From Escherichia coli (GTDB lineage Bacteria > Pseudomonadota > Gammaproteobacteria > Enterobacterales > Enterobacteriaceae), in NCBI RefSeq assembly GCF_003019035.1, contig NZ_CP027447.1: DNA of 64,000 nt; one strand, 5' to 3'. Both the position numbers and the translations under genes were made by a program. Below the pieces are notes generated by a model that worked only from the letters and a program-made list of their open reading frames with translations, searched no databases and was not told the origin of the DNA. Positions 51,831 to 60,236 of this stretch are shown here, one piece after another. How positions within the stretch are numbered: position 1 is the first letter of the stretch; each line of letters opens with the position of its first letter.

Positions 51831-53160
51831 TTTTTCCGCTTTCGATAACGCCCTGCGCTCGCTGGAGTCGATCCCGCTGGCCCGCGTCGCCGGGCGGCTG
51901 GTGCGCCTTAATGGCATCCTGCTGGAGAGCGTCGGCTGCCCGCTAATGACCGGGCAGCTGTGTCGCATCGAAAGCGCCAATCACACGCTGATCGACGCGC
52001 AGGCCGTGGGCTTTAATCGCGACATCACTTACTTAATGCCGTTTAAACAACCGGTCGGCCTGATGGCAGGCGCGCGCGTCTTCCCGGAAGAAAAAGCCCA
52101 CGACATCCTGATTGGCGAAAGCTGGTTAGGCCGCGTGGTTAACGGCCTCGGCGAACCGCTGGATGGCAAAGGCCGCCTGAACGGCAACGACCTTCTGTCG
52201 CCGCTGCCGCCGTCGGTTAATCCCTTAACCCGCCGTTCGGTGGACGAACCGCTGGACGTGGGCGTGAAAGCGATCAACGGCCTGCTGACCATCGGCAAAG
52301 GCCAGCGTGTCGGGCTGATGGCGGGCAGCGGCGTCGGGAAAAGCGTGCTGCTGGGGATGATCACCCGCCAGACCAAAGCCGACATTGTGGTGGTCGGGTT
52401 GATTGGCGAACGCGGGCGCGAAGTAAAAGAGTTTATCGACCACTCGCTGGGCGCGGACGGGCTGGCAAAGTCTATCGTCGTCGTCGCGCCCGCCGATGAA
52501 TCGCCGCTGATGCGCCTGAAAGCCACCGAACTGTGCCACTCCATCGCTGCCTGGTTTCGCGACCGCGGGCATCACGTTTTACTGCTGGTGGATTCCCTGA
52601 CCCGTTACGCGATGGCCCAGCGGGAAATAGCTCTCTCGCTCGGCGAACCGCCCGCCACCAAAGGCTATCCGCCGTCGGCATTCGGCATGATCCCCAAACT
52701 GGTCGAGAGCGCAGGCAACAGCGAAAGCGCGGGATCGATGACCGCCATCTACACCGTGTTGGCGGAAGGCGACGATCAGCAAGATCCGATTGTCGACTGC
52801 GCCCGTGCGGTGCTGGACGGGCATATCGTATTAACCCGCAAACTGGCGGAAGCGGGGCACTATCCGGCTATTGATATCGGCCAGTCGATCAGCCGTTGCA
52901 TGAATCAGGTGACCAGCCTGGAACATCAGCAATCCGCCCGTGCGTTAAAGCAAAACTACGCCGCGTATATGGAGATCAAACCGCTGATCCCGCTCGGCGG
53001 CTACGTGGCAGGTGCCGACGCCAGCGTCGACAAAGCGGTAAAAATGTTCCCGGCTATCGAGCGTTTTTTGCGCCAGGAGATGTGCGAACCCGCCTCCCTG
53101 GAACTGGTGCAAAGCCGCCTGCAAATTCTCTTTCCTGGCGTCAAAAAGGCAGAACAGTAA
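51823..53160 (+). CDS. lfiI: Lateral flagellum-specific ATP synthase (FliI homologue)
   Basis: 445-aa ORF (GTG start) with Walker A GSGVGKS and F1/T3SS-ATPase-like core. Confidence 0.9.
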   Translation: MSDFSAFDNALRSLESIPLARVAGRLVRLNGILLESVGCPLMTGQLCRIESANHTLIDAQAVGFNRDITYLMPFKQPVGLMAGARVFPEEKAHDILIGESWLGRVVNGLGEPLDGKGRLNGNDLLSPLPPSVNPLTRRSVDEPLDVGVKAINGLLTIGKGQRVGLMAGSGVGKSVLLGMITRQTKADIVVVGLIGERGREVKEFIDHSLGADGLAKSIVVVAPADESPLMRLKATELCHSIAAWFRDRGHHVLLLVDSLTRYAMAQREIALSLGEPPATKGYPPSAFGMIPKLVESAGNSESAGSMTAIYTVLAEGDDQQDPIVDCARAVLDGHIVLTRKLAEAGHYPAIDIGQSISRCMNQVTSLEHQQSARALKQNYAAYMEIKPLIPLGGYVAGADASVDKAVKMFPAIERFLRQEMCEPASLELVQSRLQILFPGVKKAEQ

Positions 53161-53162
53161 CC

Positions 53163-53597
53163 ATGCGACAAATCATCGACACCCTGGCGCAGTTGCAGCG
53201 CCTGCGGGATAAATCGGTCAAAGACAAAACCGTCGAGCTGGCAAAGCAAAAACAGATTTGTGCGGGTTATGACAACAATATCAAAGCATTAGGCTACCTG
53301 GTGGAGAAAACATCTGCGGGCGCGGCAGCGTCGGTGGAATCGCTGAAAAACGTCAGCGGTTACAAAGGTACGCTGCGCAAGGTGATCGCCTGGCAGGAGC
53401 AGGAAAAAACGCTAGCTAGCATCAAAGCCACGCGAATGCAGAAAAACCTCACGGCGGCGGCGTGCGAAGAGAAAGTGGTGGCCCTGACGCTGGACGACAA
53501 ACGCCGCGAGCAGCAAGAAAGTGCCACGGCGAAAGCGCAAAAAGCGGTGGATGACATCGCCGTCCAGTGCTGGCTGCGGCATAAGTTAGCGGAGTAG
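53163..53597 (+). CDS. lfiJ: Lateral flagellar export chaperone (FliJ homologue)
   Basis: About 144 aa from MRQIIDTLAQLQRLRDKS; position after the FliI homologue. Confidence 0.7.
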   Translation: MRQIIDTLAQLQRLRDKSVKDKTVELAKQKQICAGYDNNIKALGYLVEKTSAGAAASVESLKNVSGYKGTLRKVIAWQEQEKTLASIKATRMQKNLTAAACEEKVVALTLDDKRREQQESATAKAQKAVDDIAVQCWLRHKLAE

Positions 53598-53599
53598 CC

Positions 53600-54004
53600 A
53601 TGAAAACGGTCATCACCTTCGGCACCTTCGATGTGTTTCATGTCGGTCATCTGCGCCTTTTACAACGCGCCCGCACGCTGGGCGAACGGCTGCTGGTCGG
53701 CGTATCGTCCGACGCCTTAAATATCGCCAAAAAGGGCAGAGCACCGGTTTACCCTCAGGATGACCGCATGGCGATTATCGCCGGGCTGGCGTGCGTGGAT
53801 GGCGTATTTCTCGAAGAATCGCTGGAGCAGAAAGCGGAGTATTTGCGCGGGTACAGTGCGGATATTTTGGTGATGGGCGATGACTGGGCAGGGAAGTTTG
53901 ATAGCTTTGCGTATATTTGTGAGGTGGTGTATTTCCCCCGTACGCCGTCGGTGTCGACGACGGGGATTATTGAGGTGATTAGGGGGAAATCAGCAACCTA
54001 CTGA
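53600..54004 (+). CDS. Glycerol-3-phosphate cytidylyltransferase (TagD-like) encoded at the end of the lafK-lfiEFGHIJ operon
   Basis: 134-aa ORF starting 3 bp after lfiJ; nucleotidyltransferase HxGH motif (FGTFDVFHVGHLRLL) and C-terminal MGDDWAGKFD...CEVVYFPRTPSVSTTGI, closely paralleling Bacillus TagD as recalled. Confidence 0.8.
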   Translation: MKTVITFGTFDVFHVGHLRLLQRARTLGERLLVGVSSDALNIAKKGRAPVYPQDDRMAIIAGLACVDGVFLEESLEQKAEYLRGYSADILVMGDDWAGKFDSFAYICEVVYFPRTPSVSTTGIIEVIRGKSATY

Positions 54005-54052
54005 TTTAATTCCCGAAGTGAGAGAAGATGATGCCGTTTGGCTATGTTAAAT

Positions 54053-54155
54053 ATGTTTAAAAAATCGCGTTTTTTCGACATATCCCCAAAACATGTCGAT
54101 GGCATAAACGTATTCCAACGACATGTTTAAAAATCGCATTTTATCGACATATCCC
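54053..54155. repeat. Two about 34-bp imperfect direct repeats, each with internal dyad symmetry, between convergent TagD-like and glycosyltransferase genes
   Basis: atgtttaaaaaatcgcgttttttcgacatatcccc (54053-54087) and atgtttaaaaatcgcattttatcgacatatccc (54123-54155); the second overlaps the glycosyltransferase stop codon. Confidence 0.6.
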
Positions 54156-56612
54156 TGACGATTCCTTGCCCGCCAACGTCTCCACAATCACCATCGCCGC
54201 CCGTTCTCCCGCCTTGCCATCCATAAACGCATCGCAATAGTGATGACGAATCTTCGTAAGCCGCGCCTGCACCGCACCCCAGTCAAACGCCTCTGACAAC
54301 AAATAACGCAGTTCCGCAACATCATGAGCCACCGGCAATATTTCGCGGATTCGCTGGTCGGCGCTCTCCGGCGTGGAGTAGCTTTTCTCGCCGTCGAGCA
54401 ATTCACTCATGCCCGGAAAGTCGAGCAGGATCACCCGCTTATCGACATGGATAGCATCGAAAATAAAGCCGCTGTTATCGGTCAGCACGTAATCGGCCTT
54501 TGCCAGCAGCGCCAGCGTGTGGCGGGCGGAGTCGGTGCGCTGTTTTAAATGTCTGCGCGCGAGTGCCAGCGATGCAGTTTCTTCCGGGCGCGAGCAGGTG
54601 CCGTGGTGCAGTTTGCAAATCAGGTTCACATCATCGCTTAAGCGCCCCAATTTTTCTGCCCAGTGGGGCAGGGAGCTTAATGCGCCAAACGTTGGGGCGT
54701 AGAGCACCGTAGGTTTACGGGAATCGGGTTGAATATTTTCTGGCAGAATGCGGTCAAACGTGCCGTTATGCCAGGCGTCGAAGCGCGGGTTGCCGACTGC
54801 TTTTGCATTGCCGAAATGCGCCAGCGCCCGCTGGCTGTAGTGGCTGTAACACAAAATGCGCTGATAAAAACGGTTCCAGTCGGCGTGGTTCCACGTCTCT
54901 TTGGCTAAGCCGTACATGGCGCGAACGTTCACCGCTGCCAGGCCATTGAGCGCGGGCGTGTGGTAGGGGCTGACCAGGCATTTCACCCGCTGACCGTGTG
55001 CCTGCATTTCAGATAAGCGCATTCCTTTAAGCTGCGGATCGTCGATGCTTTTTAGCGTCTCCAGCATTTCATCCAGAAACGGTTTAAACACGCGGTCATT
55101 GATCACCAGTGTGCAGCTCTGCCCCTGCGCCTGTAGAGCGGTGATGATTGGGCGATACAGCGAGTAGTGGAATGAGGTTTCCATAAAAAAGCCGATGGTG
55201 TTGGCGATGGGGAATGCGGATGGTTTTGTAACTACGGGTAACTTATTGAAATAGTGACTAATGTTGTCGGTCACTTTTTTCTCGATGTCACTAAAGCCCG
55301 GTCGCTGATAACTAAGGCTCGGGTAACAGGCCAGCCATTTGTCGGCGCGCAGCAGCGGCTGCCAGCACTCTTCCAGCGAGTGCTCACCGTTGCCCATCTG
55401 CTGTGCCAGTTGCGGGTAGTAGCGGCTGTTCACCAGATAAGCACACACTTTGCGGCAGTCCCGCGCGTGCACCAGCCCCGGCAAACTTTTTAGCATCGTT
55501 CCCTGCGAAATTTCGCCGCCAAGGATCATCACCTGCCAGGGAATTTTCGCCAGGCTCGCCAGCAGCGTGTTCAGCACCTGAATATGTTTCTCCTGCTTGA
55601 GAATAACCGCGTCATCTTCCAGCAGCAGATAGTTTTGCCAGCCGTGCTGTTGCGCCAGGCGCAGCGCCTGCAAGTGCGACAGGCGGCGGCCCCGTTGACC
55701 GTTTTCATCTTCACAGGCGGCAAGGCGGGTGATTTTCTCGGGCGGAATATGCAGCAGTGCCAGTTCTTCACGGATCTGTTGTAAGCGATCCGGGCGTTTA
55801 TCCAGATTGATCAATACGACCTGATCGATCGCCTGATGGTTGATCGCCTGGTGATGAGTGGCGTTATGCAGACTCAGATAAGCATTGCGGAGCAGCGGAT
55901 CGCGGACGATATCCGTAAGCGCCGCGTTTACTGGCGTGCTGGCCCCGAGAATAAAGTCTTTATCAAAGGTGTTGTGGCTGTGCGAGATACACAAAATCGT
56001 GCGCTCGCCGGGCAGTTGTAGCGGGTTAGCGCTGAAATTGTCGGTGAAACTTTTCTCTTCGCCTAAATTGCAATCGTCATCGTAGCGGTGCTTTTTCAGG
56101 TAGTTACGGTGATAGCAAAAGGTGCCGTTGAGGATGTTATGCGGGCCGAAGCTGCGGCTTTGAAAGATGCGATTGATGTGGCTGTACCAGATGGGGATCT
56201 GGTCGGAACCGGAGATGAGCGCCCGGTTTTTTTGCATCATAGCGATGGTGTAAGAGATTTTATCTGCCGGGTAGTAGTCGTCATCGTCCATGCAGAGGAT
56301 GTATTCGCCGCGCGCCAGTTCGTTGAGCATATTGCGTTTTTTGCCCAGCGGCAGTTTTTCCGGGTGATGGATGTAGCGGATGTTGAAGGCTTCCTGTGTG
56401 CCATTGGTCAGGCGGTCGATGATGTGTTGATGGCTTTGCGGGGAATCGTCGAGGATGATGAGTTCGCGGCGGTCTGCCGGGTAGTCCTGATAGCGGTACA
56501 TATAAAGCAGGTACGGCAGGAATGCGCTGCGGTTCCAGGTTGGCGTGACGACGCTGACGAACGGTTTTTCGCGCTGGGTGGCGAGTGTTTTGATAATGGT
56601 TGGTGTTGGCAT
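54141..56612 (-). CDS. Large multidomain glycosyltransferase: N-terminal GT2-like, central GT25-like and C-terminal TagB/TagF-like CDP-glycerol glycerophosphotransferase domains
   Basis: N-terminus VSVVTPTWNRSAFL...ILDDSP...CMDDDDYY (GT-A/DxD); central VVLINLDKRPDRLQQI (GT25-like); C-terminus TVLYAPTFG...VLTDNSGFIFDAI (TagF-like). Start set at MPTPTIIK; the ORF-track extension to 56684 runs through a repeat element and is uncertain. Confidence 0.7.
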   Translation of the reverse strand: MPTPTIIKTLATQREKPFVSVVTPTWNRSAFLPYLLYMYRYQDYPADRRELIILDDSPQSHQHIIDRLTNGTQEAFNIRYIHHPEKLPLGKKRNMLNELARGEYILCMDDDDYYPADKISYTIAMMQKNRALISGSDQIPIWYSHINRIFQSRSFGPHNILNGTFCYHRNYLKKHRYDDDCNLGEEKSFTDNFSANPLQLPGERTILCISHSHNTFDKDFILGASTPVNAALTDIVRDPLLRNAYLSLHNATHHQAINHQAIDQVVLINLDKRPDRLQQIREELALLHIPPEKITRLAACEDENGQRGRRLSHLQALRLAQQHGWQNYLLLEDDAVILKQEKHIQVLNTLLASLAKIPWQVMILGGEISQGTMLKSLPGLVHARDCRKVCAYLVNSRYYPQLAQQMGNGEHSLEECWQPLLRADKWLACYPSLSYQRPGFSDIEKKVTDNISHYFNKLPVVTKPSAFPIANTIGFFMETSFHYSLYRPIITALQAQGQSCTLVINDRVFKPFLDEMLETLKSIDDPQLKGMRLSEMQAHGQRVKCLVSPYHTPALNGLAAVNVRAMYGLAKETWNHADWNRFYQRILCYSHYSQRALAHFGNAKAVGNPRFDAWHNGTFDRILPENIQPDSRKPTVLYAPTFGALSSLPHWAEKLGRLSDDVNLICKLHHGTCSRPEETASLALARRHLKQRTDSARHTLALLAKADYVLTDNSGFIFDAIHVDKRVILLDFPGMSELLDGEKSYSTPESADQRIREILPVAHDVAELRYLLSEAFDWGAVQARLTKIRHHYCDAFMDGKAGERAAMVIVETLAGKESSGICR

Positions 56613-56661
56613 GGTGTTTGGGTGAGTTAATGGGTGAATGTGATGAATGTGCGTGCTGATG

Positions 56662-56770
56662 CCCTCACCCCGACCCTCTCCCACAGGGAGAGGGAGAAAA
56701 CCAGCGCCGATTTTAACACCGTGCTCGATCGGTTCCCTCGCCCCTTTGAGGAGAGGGTTAGGGGGAGGGG
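56662..56770. repeat. Pair of inverted GC-rich repeat units (Box C-like family)
   Basis: ccctcaccccgaccctctcccacagggagaggga (56662-56697) and ccctcgcccctttgaggagagggttagggggagggg (56735-56770) in opposite orientation. Confidence 0.5.
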
Positions 56771-56790
56771 AAAAGCGCGCACAGAGCGAC

Positions 56791-57720
56791 TCACGTCAGC
56801 AGCGAAAATGCTGACAGCAGCGGCTCTGCCGCACATAACGACTGGAGCTGCTGGCGAATCGCCGCAGCATTTTCACTCTCTCGCCAGCGTTCAAACACCG
56901 CAAAAAGGGCGAAAATATCCTCCTTCCGCAGCGGTGAACCATCCAGCGTCCATAAACTGATTAACGTGCGGATGAGATAAAAATCACACACCAGCGGGCA
57001 ATAATCTGCTCCGTCTGCCTGCCCAATCACGTCGTGATAAACGCGGTAAATCAGCCAGTTGCGCATCATCCACGGCGCGGCGGCAAAATGCTGTTGCCAG
57101 GTGGTTTGCCACTGCACCTTAAGCTGCTGTTGCAACAAAGCTTCGCTGTTGGCGTCATGCAACGTCAGCAAAGTCACCTGCAACGGTAGCGAGGCTTTGC
57201 GCGGGCTTTCCGGCAAAATCGACCAGTCAAACGCAAAACTCCCGAGCAGCGTCACCAGTTGGCGCGCCAGTTGTGGCACGGGTGGGAGTTGGGCGAACTG
57301 TGCCTGTAGCGTGCCTTTTTGTGCATGATCCCCCAGCGCCTGTGGCAGCGTTGTCAAGCGGGCAAGAATATCTCCGTCTCTGCCCGGCATTTTACTGGCG
57401 CGGGAGAGCAAAATCCCGACGGCATACAGGGAAAGCTCCGGGGTTAAATCGGGGAGCGTAAGGGTACTCAAAATTATCTGGTTGACTATCGCATCGCGCG
57501 CGGATAGCTCGGCGGCATTGTCTTCCACAGGGCGGTAGGTGAGCTGTAAATCAAAGGCCCTGGCATCGTTGAGCACCGCTTTGCAACTTTCAATATCGGT
57601 CAATGCCAGGCTCTGGCGAATCTCATTCTTCCAGACCTTGCGGACGTACAAAGGCGAATCGGGATATTGCGTCATAAAATTGCGCACGTATTCCGGTTCG
57701 TAACATTCAATAAAACTCAT
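56791..57720 (-). CDS. Hypothetical protein of the Flag-2 locus
   Basis: About 309 aa from MSFIECYEPEYVRNF; no recognisable motif by eye; sits between lfgN and the glycosyltransferase gene on the same strand. Confidence 0.5.
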   Translation of the reverse strand: MSFIECYEPEYVRNFMTQYPDSPLYVRKVWKNEIRQSLALTDIESCKAVLNDARAFDLQLTYRPVEDNAAELSARDAIVNQIILSTLTLPDLTPELSLYAVGILLSRASKMPGRDGDILARLTTLPQALGDHAQKGTLQAQFAQLPPVPQLARQLVTLLGSFAFDWSILPESPRKASLPLQVTLLTLHDANSEALLQQQLKVQWQTTWQQHFAAAPWMMRNWLIYRVYHDVIGQADGADYCPLVCDFYLIRTLISLWTLDGSPLRKEDIFALFAVFERWRESENAAAIRQQLQSLCAAEPLLSAFSLLT

Positions 57721-57847
57721 AGGTGGCTTCCAGTCTTTATTACTTTGCGGAATGTGCAATAAGCGTGCCGGGAATTTTTGTAATCAAAAACAAGGGATTG
57801 AGAATCAGGCGGAAAATCCGTTTCCGCGATGGGGGAAGGAATTGTCG

Positions 57848-58276
57848 TTATTCCTGGTACAGAAAATCTGCTTCGCCGCCTAAAAAAGACTGAATAAATT
57901 CATACTGGCGAATCAACAGCTCGCCGTTTTTGTCGTTGTAGGCTTTGCAGCGTTCCGCTTTTTGCTCAAGGCGTTGCCACAACTGTTGTGCTGCTGCTTT
58001 TTGCACAGCCGGAAGCCAGGCAAAAACCTGCGCCAGACCGTCACGATTTACACTGACATTGAGCATTTTCAGCAGGCTGTGTCGCTGATGGCTATGCCCA
58101 TGCAACTGCTCATAGTGATGTGTTATCTCGTCGTTTACCGCCAGCAGATCTTCGCTGGCGCGGCGAATCATGCAGATCCGCTGACGCTGGAGAAGTTCGC
58201 GCAGGGAATCGTACAGTGCGTCGTCGTCACGAATGCCCTGCAACAACGCCTTCACCTGTTGTAACCGGATACTCAC
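57848..58276 (-). CDS. lfgN: Lateral flagellar chaperone (FlgN homologue)
   Basis: 142-aa ORF (GTG start) downstream of the FlgM homologue. Confidence 0.65.
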   Translation of the reverse strand: MSIRLQQVKALLQGIRDDDALYDSLRELLQRQRICMIRRASEDLLAVNDEITHHYEQLHGHSHQRHSLLKMLNVSVNRDGLAQVFAWLPAVQKAAAQQLWQRLEQKAERCKAYNDKNGELLIRQYEFIQSFLGGEADFLYQE

Positions 58277-58288
58277 TTCATCGGCCTC

Positions 58289-58567
58289 TTAGTTCTGGAA
58301 AAAACTCAGCATGTCGCTGGCTAACTGTTCGGTGTCCACTTGCAGGCTGCCGGACGCCAGCATCGCTTGCATTTGCGCCACTTTGTCGCTGTCGATATCG
58401 CTCTCTTGCTGGTCGTTCAGCGTTTGCTGGGCAGACTGCAATCCCGCCTGGGTAATGTCGTCGGCGCTCAGCGTCGTGGCGGTGGTCGCCGTGCTTTTGC
58501 GCGGCTGACTGGAGCCTGCCATTGTGGCTGTCGGGCGATTGCCTGGCATCGTCGGGGTGATTTTCAT
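58289..58567 (-). CDS. lfgM: Anti-sigma-28 factor (FlgM homologue)
   Basis: 92-aa ORF; Ser/Thr/Ala/Gln-rich, FlgM-like C-terminus. Confidence 0.7.
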   Translation of the reverse strand: MKITPTMPGNRPTATMAGSSQPRKSTATTATTLSADDITQAGLQSAQQTLNDQQESDIDSDKVAQMQAMLASGSLQVDTEQLASDMLSFFQN

Positions 58568-58597
58568 CGCAACCTCGTCTCGGTATTTGGGTGGGTT

Positions 58598-58634
58598 ACT
58601 CCGGTAAAGCGGTTAACAGGCGGCAAAACTTTAA
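58598..58634 (-). promoter_or_regulatory. Possible sigma-28 (FliA-type) promoter upstream of lfgM
   Basis: Minus-strand TAAAGTTT exactly matches the sigma-28 -35 element; downstream -10 region (aaccgctt vs GCCGATAA) matches only partially. Confidence 0.3.
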
Positions 58635-58647
58635 TCGCCTGCGCAAA

Positions 58648-59385
58648 TTACTCCGCGCTTACCGTCGTCACCACGCCGCTTTCTGCCACCATTGCGCTGA
58701 TGACCCGCTGGCTGCTGGCGTTACGTACTTTCACCATCTCGCCTTTGCGGCCATTTTTCAGCGCCACGCCGGGCATCGAGGCGGTGATCCCCGCGCTCTG
58801 GTAAACAATCATCACCGGCTCATCGCGTTCGACCAGCACTGGCGAAACCAGCTCTTCTTTGGTGATTGGTCTGCCCGGTTGCAACGCGTGCTTACTGCTG
58901 AAACCAATTGCGTCATCGAGCTCCATCAGCACATCCCGCCGCTGGGCGCTGACGTTGTAGGGCTTCAGCTCCACATCATTTGCCGTGAGCGGCGTATCGC
59001 GGGCAATCAGTGACTTTGCCATCACCACCGGCACCAGAACATCCGGGCGCACCGCGACGTTCATCTGCCAGCTTTGCGGGCAACTGACGGTGAAGTTCAT
59101 CCGGTTAAGGGCGATTTCCGCAGGCGACGTCAGCGTGACGCCGGGTGACGTTGTACAGGGCGCGGCGGTCGCAATCTGCGACGGAATATAGACCTTAAAG
59201 GTGTAGCGATAGTCATGCCATTGCCGCTGCTGCGCCAGCGATTCAATTTTTTGGCTCGCGGCATTCAGTACCTGGGCGTTGATTTGTTCCCGCGCGCTAT
59301 GTTGCACGGGATGGACGGCGGCGTAGCCCGGTAAGGCCAGCGCCAGGAGGAAATAAAACTTCCGCCTGCAAAATTGAAAACTCAT
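58648..59385 (-). CDS. lfgA: Lateral flagellar P-ring assembly chaperone (FlgA homologue)
   Basis: Start at MSFQFCRRKFYFLLALALPGYAA (signal peptide) with RBS; divergent from lfgB. Confidence 0.75.
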   Translation of the reverse strand: MSFQFCRRKFYFLLALALPGYAAVHPVQHSAREQINAQVLNAASQKIESLAQQRQWHDYRYTFKVYIPSQIATAAPCTTSPGVTLTSPAEIALNRMNFTVSCPQSWQMNVAVRPDVLVPVVMAKSLIARDTPLTANDVELKPYNVSAQRRDVLMELDDAIGFSSKHALQPGRPITKEELVSPVLVERDEPVMIVYQSAGITASMPGVALKNGRKGEMVKVRNASSQRVISAMVAESGVVTTVSAE

Positions 59386-59414
59386 AAACCCTTTCTCATC
59401 AGTCACTTAAAAAT

Positions 59415-59430
59415 TGGCACAGCGATTGCA
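59415..59430 (+). promoter_or_regulatory. Sigma-54 (-24/-12) promoter for the lfgBCDEFG operon
   Basis: TGGCAC-agcga-TTGCA, an exact match to the RpoN consensus, about 37 bp upstream of the lfgB ATG (59467). Confidence 0.65.
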
Positions 59431-59466
59431 TAGCGTATGCGGATTGAAGCAGGAGTGACGCAGGAA

Positions 59467-59802
59467 ATGGGGATCAGTTTTCAGCAGGCATTGGGAGTAC
59501 ATCCGCAGGCAGTGAAGTTACGTCTTGAGAGGACCGAGCTACTGACTGCGAATCTGGCGAATGTCGATACGCCAAATTTCAAGGCTAAAGATATTGATTT
59601 TGCCAGGGAGATGCAACGGGCAAATAACGCGGCGGTGGATGTCCAGTACCGCGTGCCGATGCAGCCGTCAGAAGATGGCAACACCGTGGAACTGAACAGC
59701 GAACAGGCACGGTTTTCACAAAATAGTATGGATTATCAAAGCAGTCTGACCTTTCTGAATCTGCAAATCAGCGGCATCAGAGAGGCCATTGAAGGGAAAT
59801 AA
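59467..59802 (+). CDS. lfgB: Lateral flagellar proximal rod protein (FlgB homologue)
   Basis: Start set at MGISFQQ (RBS aggag) downstream of the sigma-54 promoter; rod-family motif (LTANLANVDTPNFKA). Confidence 0.8.
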   Translation: MGISFQQALGVHPQAVKLRLERTELLTANLANVDTPNFKAKDIDFAREMQRANNAAVDVQYRVPMQPSEDGNTVELNSEQARFSQNSMDYQSSLTFLNLQISGIREAIEGK

Positions 59803-59804
59803 GC

Positions 59805-60236
59805 ATGTCATTTACTGATATCTATCAGATTTCCGGCTCGGCGATGACGGCGCAAACGCTACGTCTGAATACCGTCGCCAGTAACCTGGCGAATGCTAAT
59901 GCACCTGCCGGCAGCGAGGCGCAGGCGTATAAAGCGCGCAGCCCGGTGTTTGCGGCGGTGTATCACCACAGCTTGCTGGTGGGTACACATCGTCATGCCA
60001 TTGATGGTGCCAGCGTGCAGGTGCAGGACGTGCTGCAAACCGGCGGGGCGGTGAAACGCTATGAACCGCATTCGCCGCTGGCGGATGCTAACGGGGATGT
60101 CTGGTATCCCGACGTCAACGTGGTGGAACAGATGGCGGACATGATGTCGGCCTCGCGCGATTTTGAAACCAATGTCGATGTGCTCAACAACGTGAAAAGT
60201 ATGCAGCAAAGCCTGCTGAAACTGGGAGAAGCCTGA
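59805..60236 (+). CDS. lfgC: Lateral flagellar rod protein (FlgC homologue)
   Basis: 143-aa ORF; LASNLANANAP rod-family motif. Confidence 0.85.
   Translation: MSFTDIYQISGSAMTAQTLRLNTVASNLANANAPAGSEAQAYKARSPVFAAVYHHSLLVGTHRHAIDGASVQVQDVLQTGGAVKRYEPHSPLADANGDVWYPDVNVVEQMADMMSASRDFETNVDVLNNVKSMQQSLLKLGEA

Noticed and set aside
54053-54155. Possible CRISPR array suggested by direct repeats
   Set aside because: Only two imperfect copies with one irregular spacer, no cas genes nearby, and internal dyad symmetry more typical of terminators or operators.
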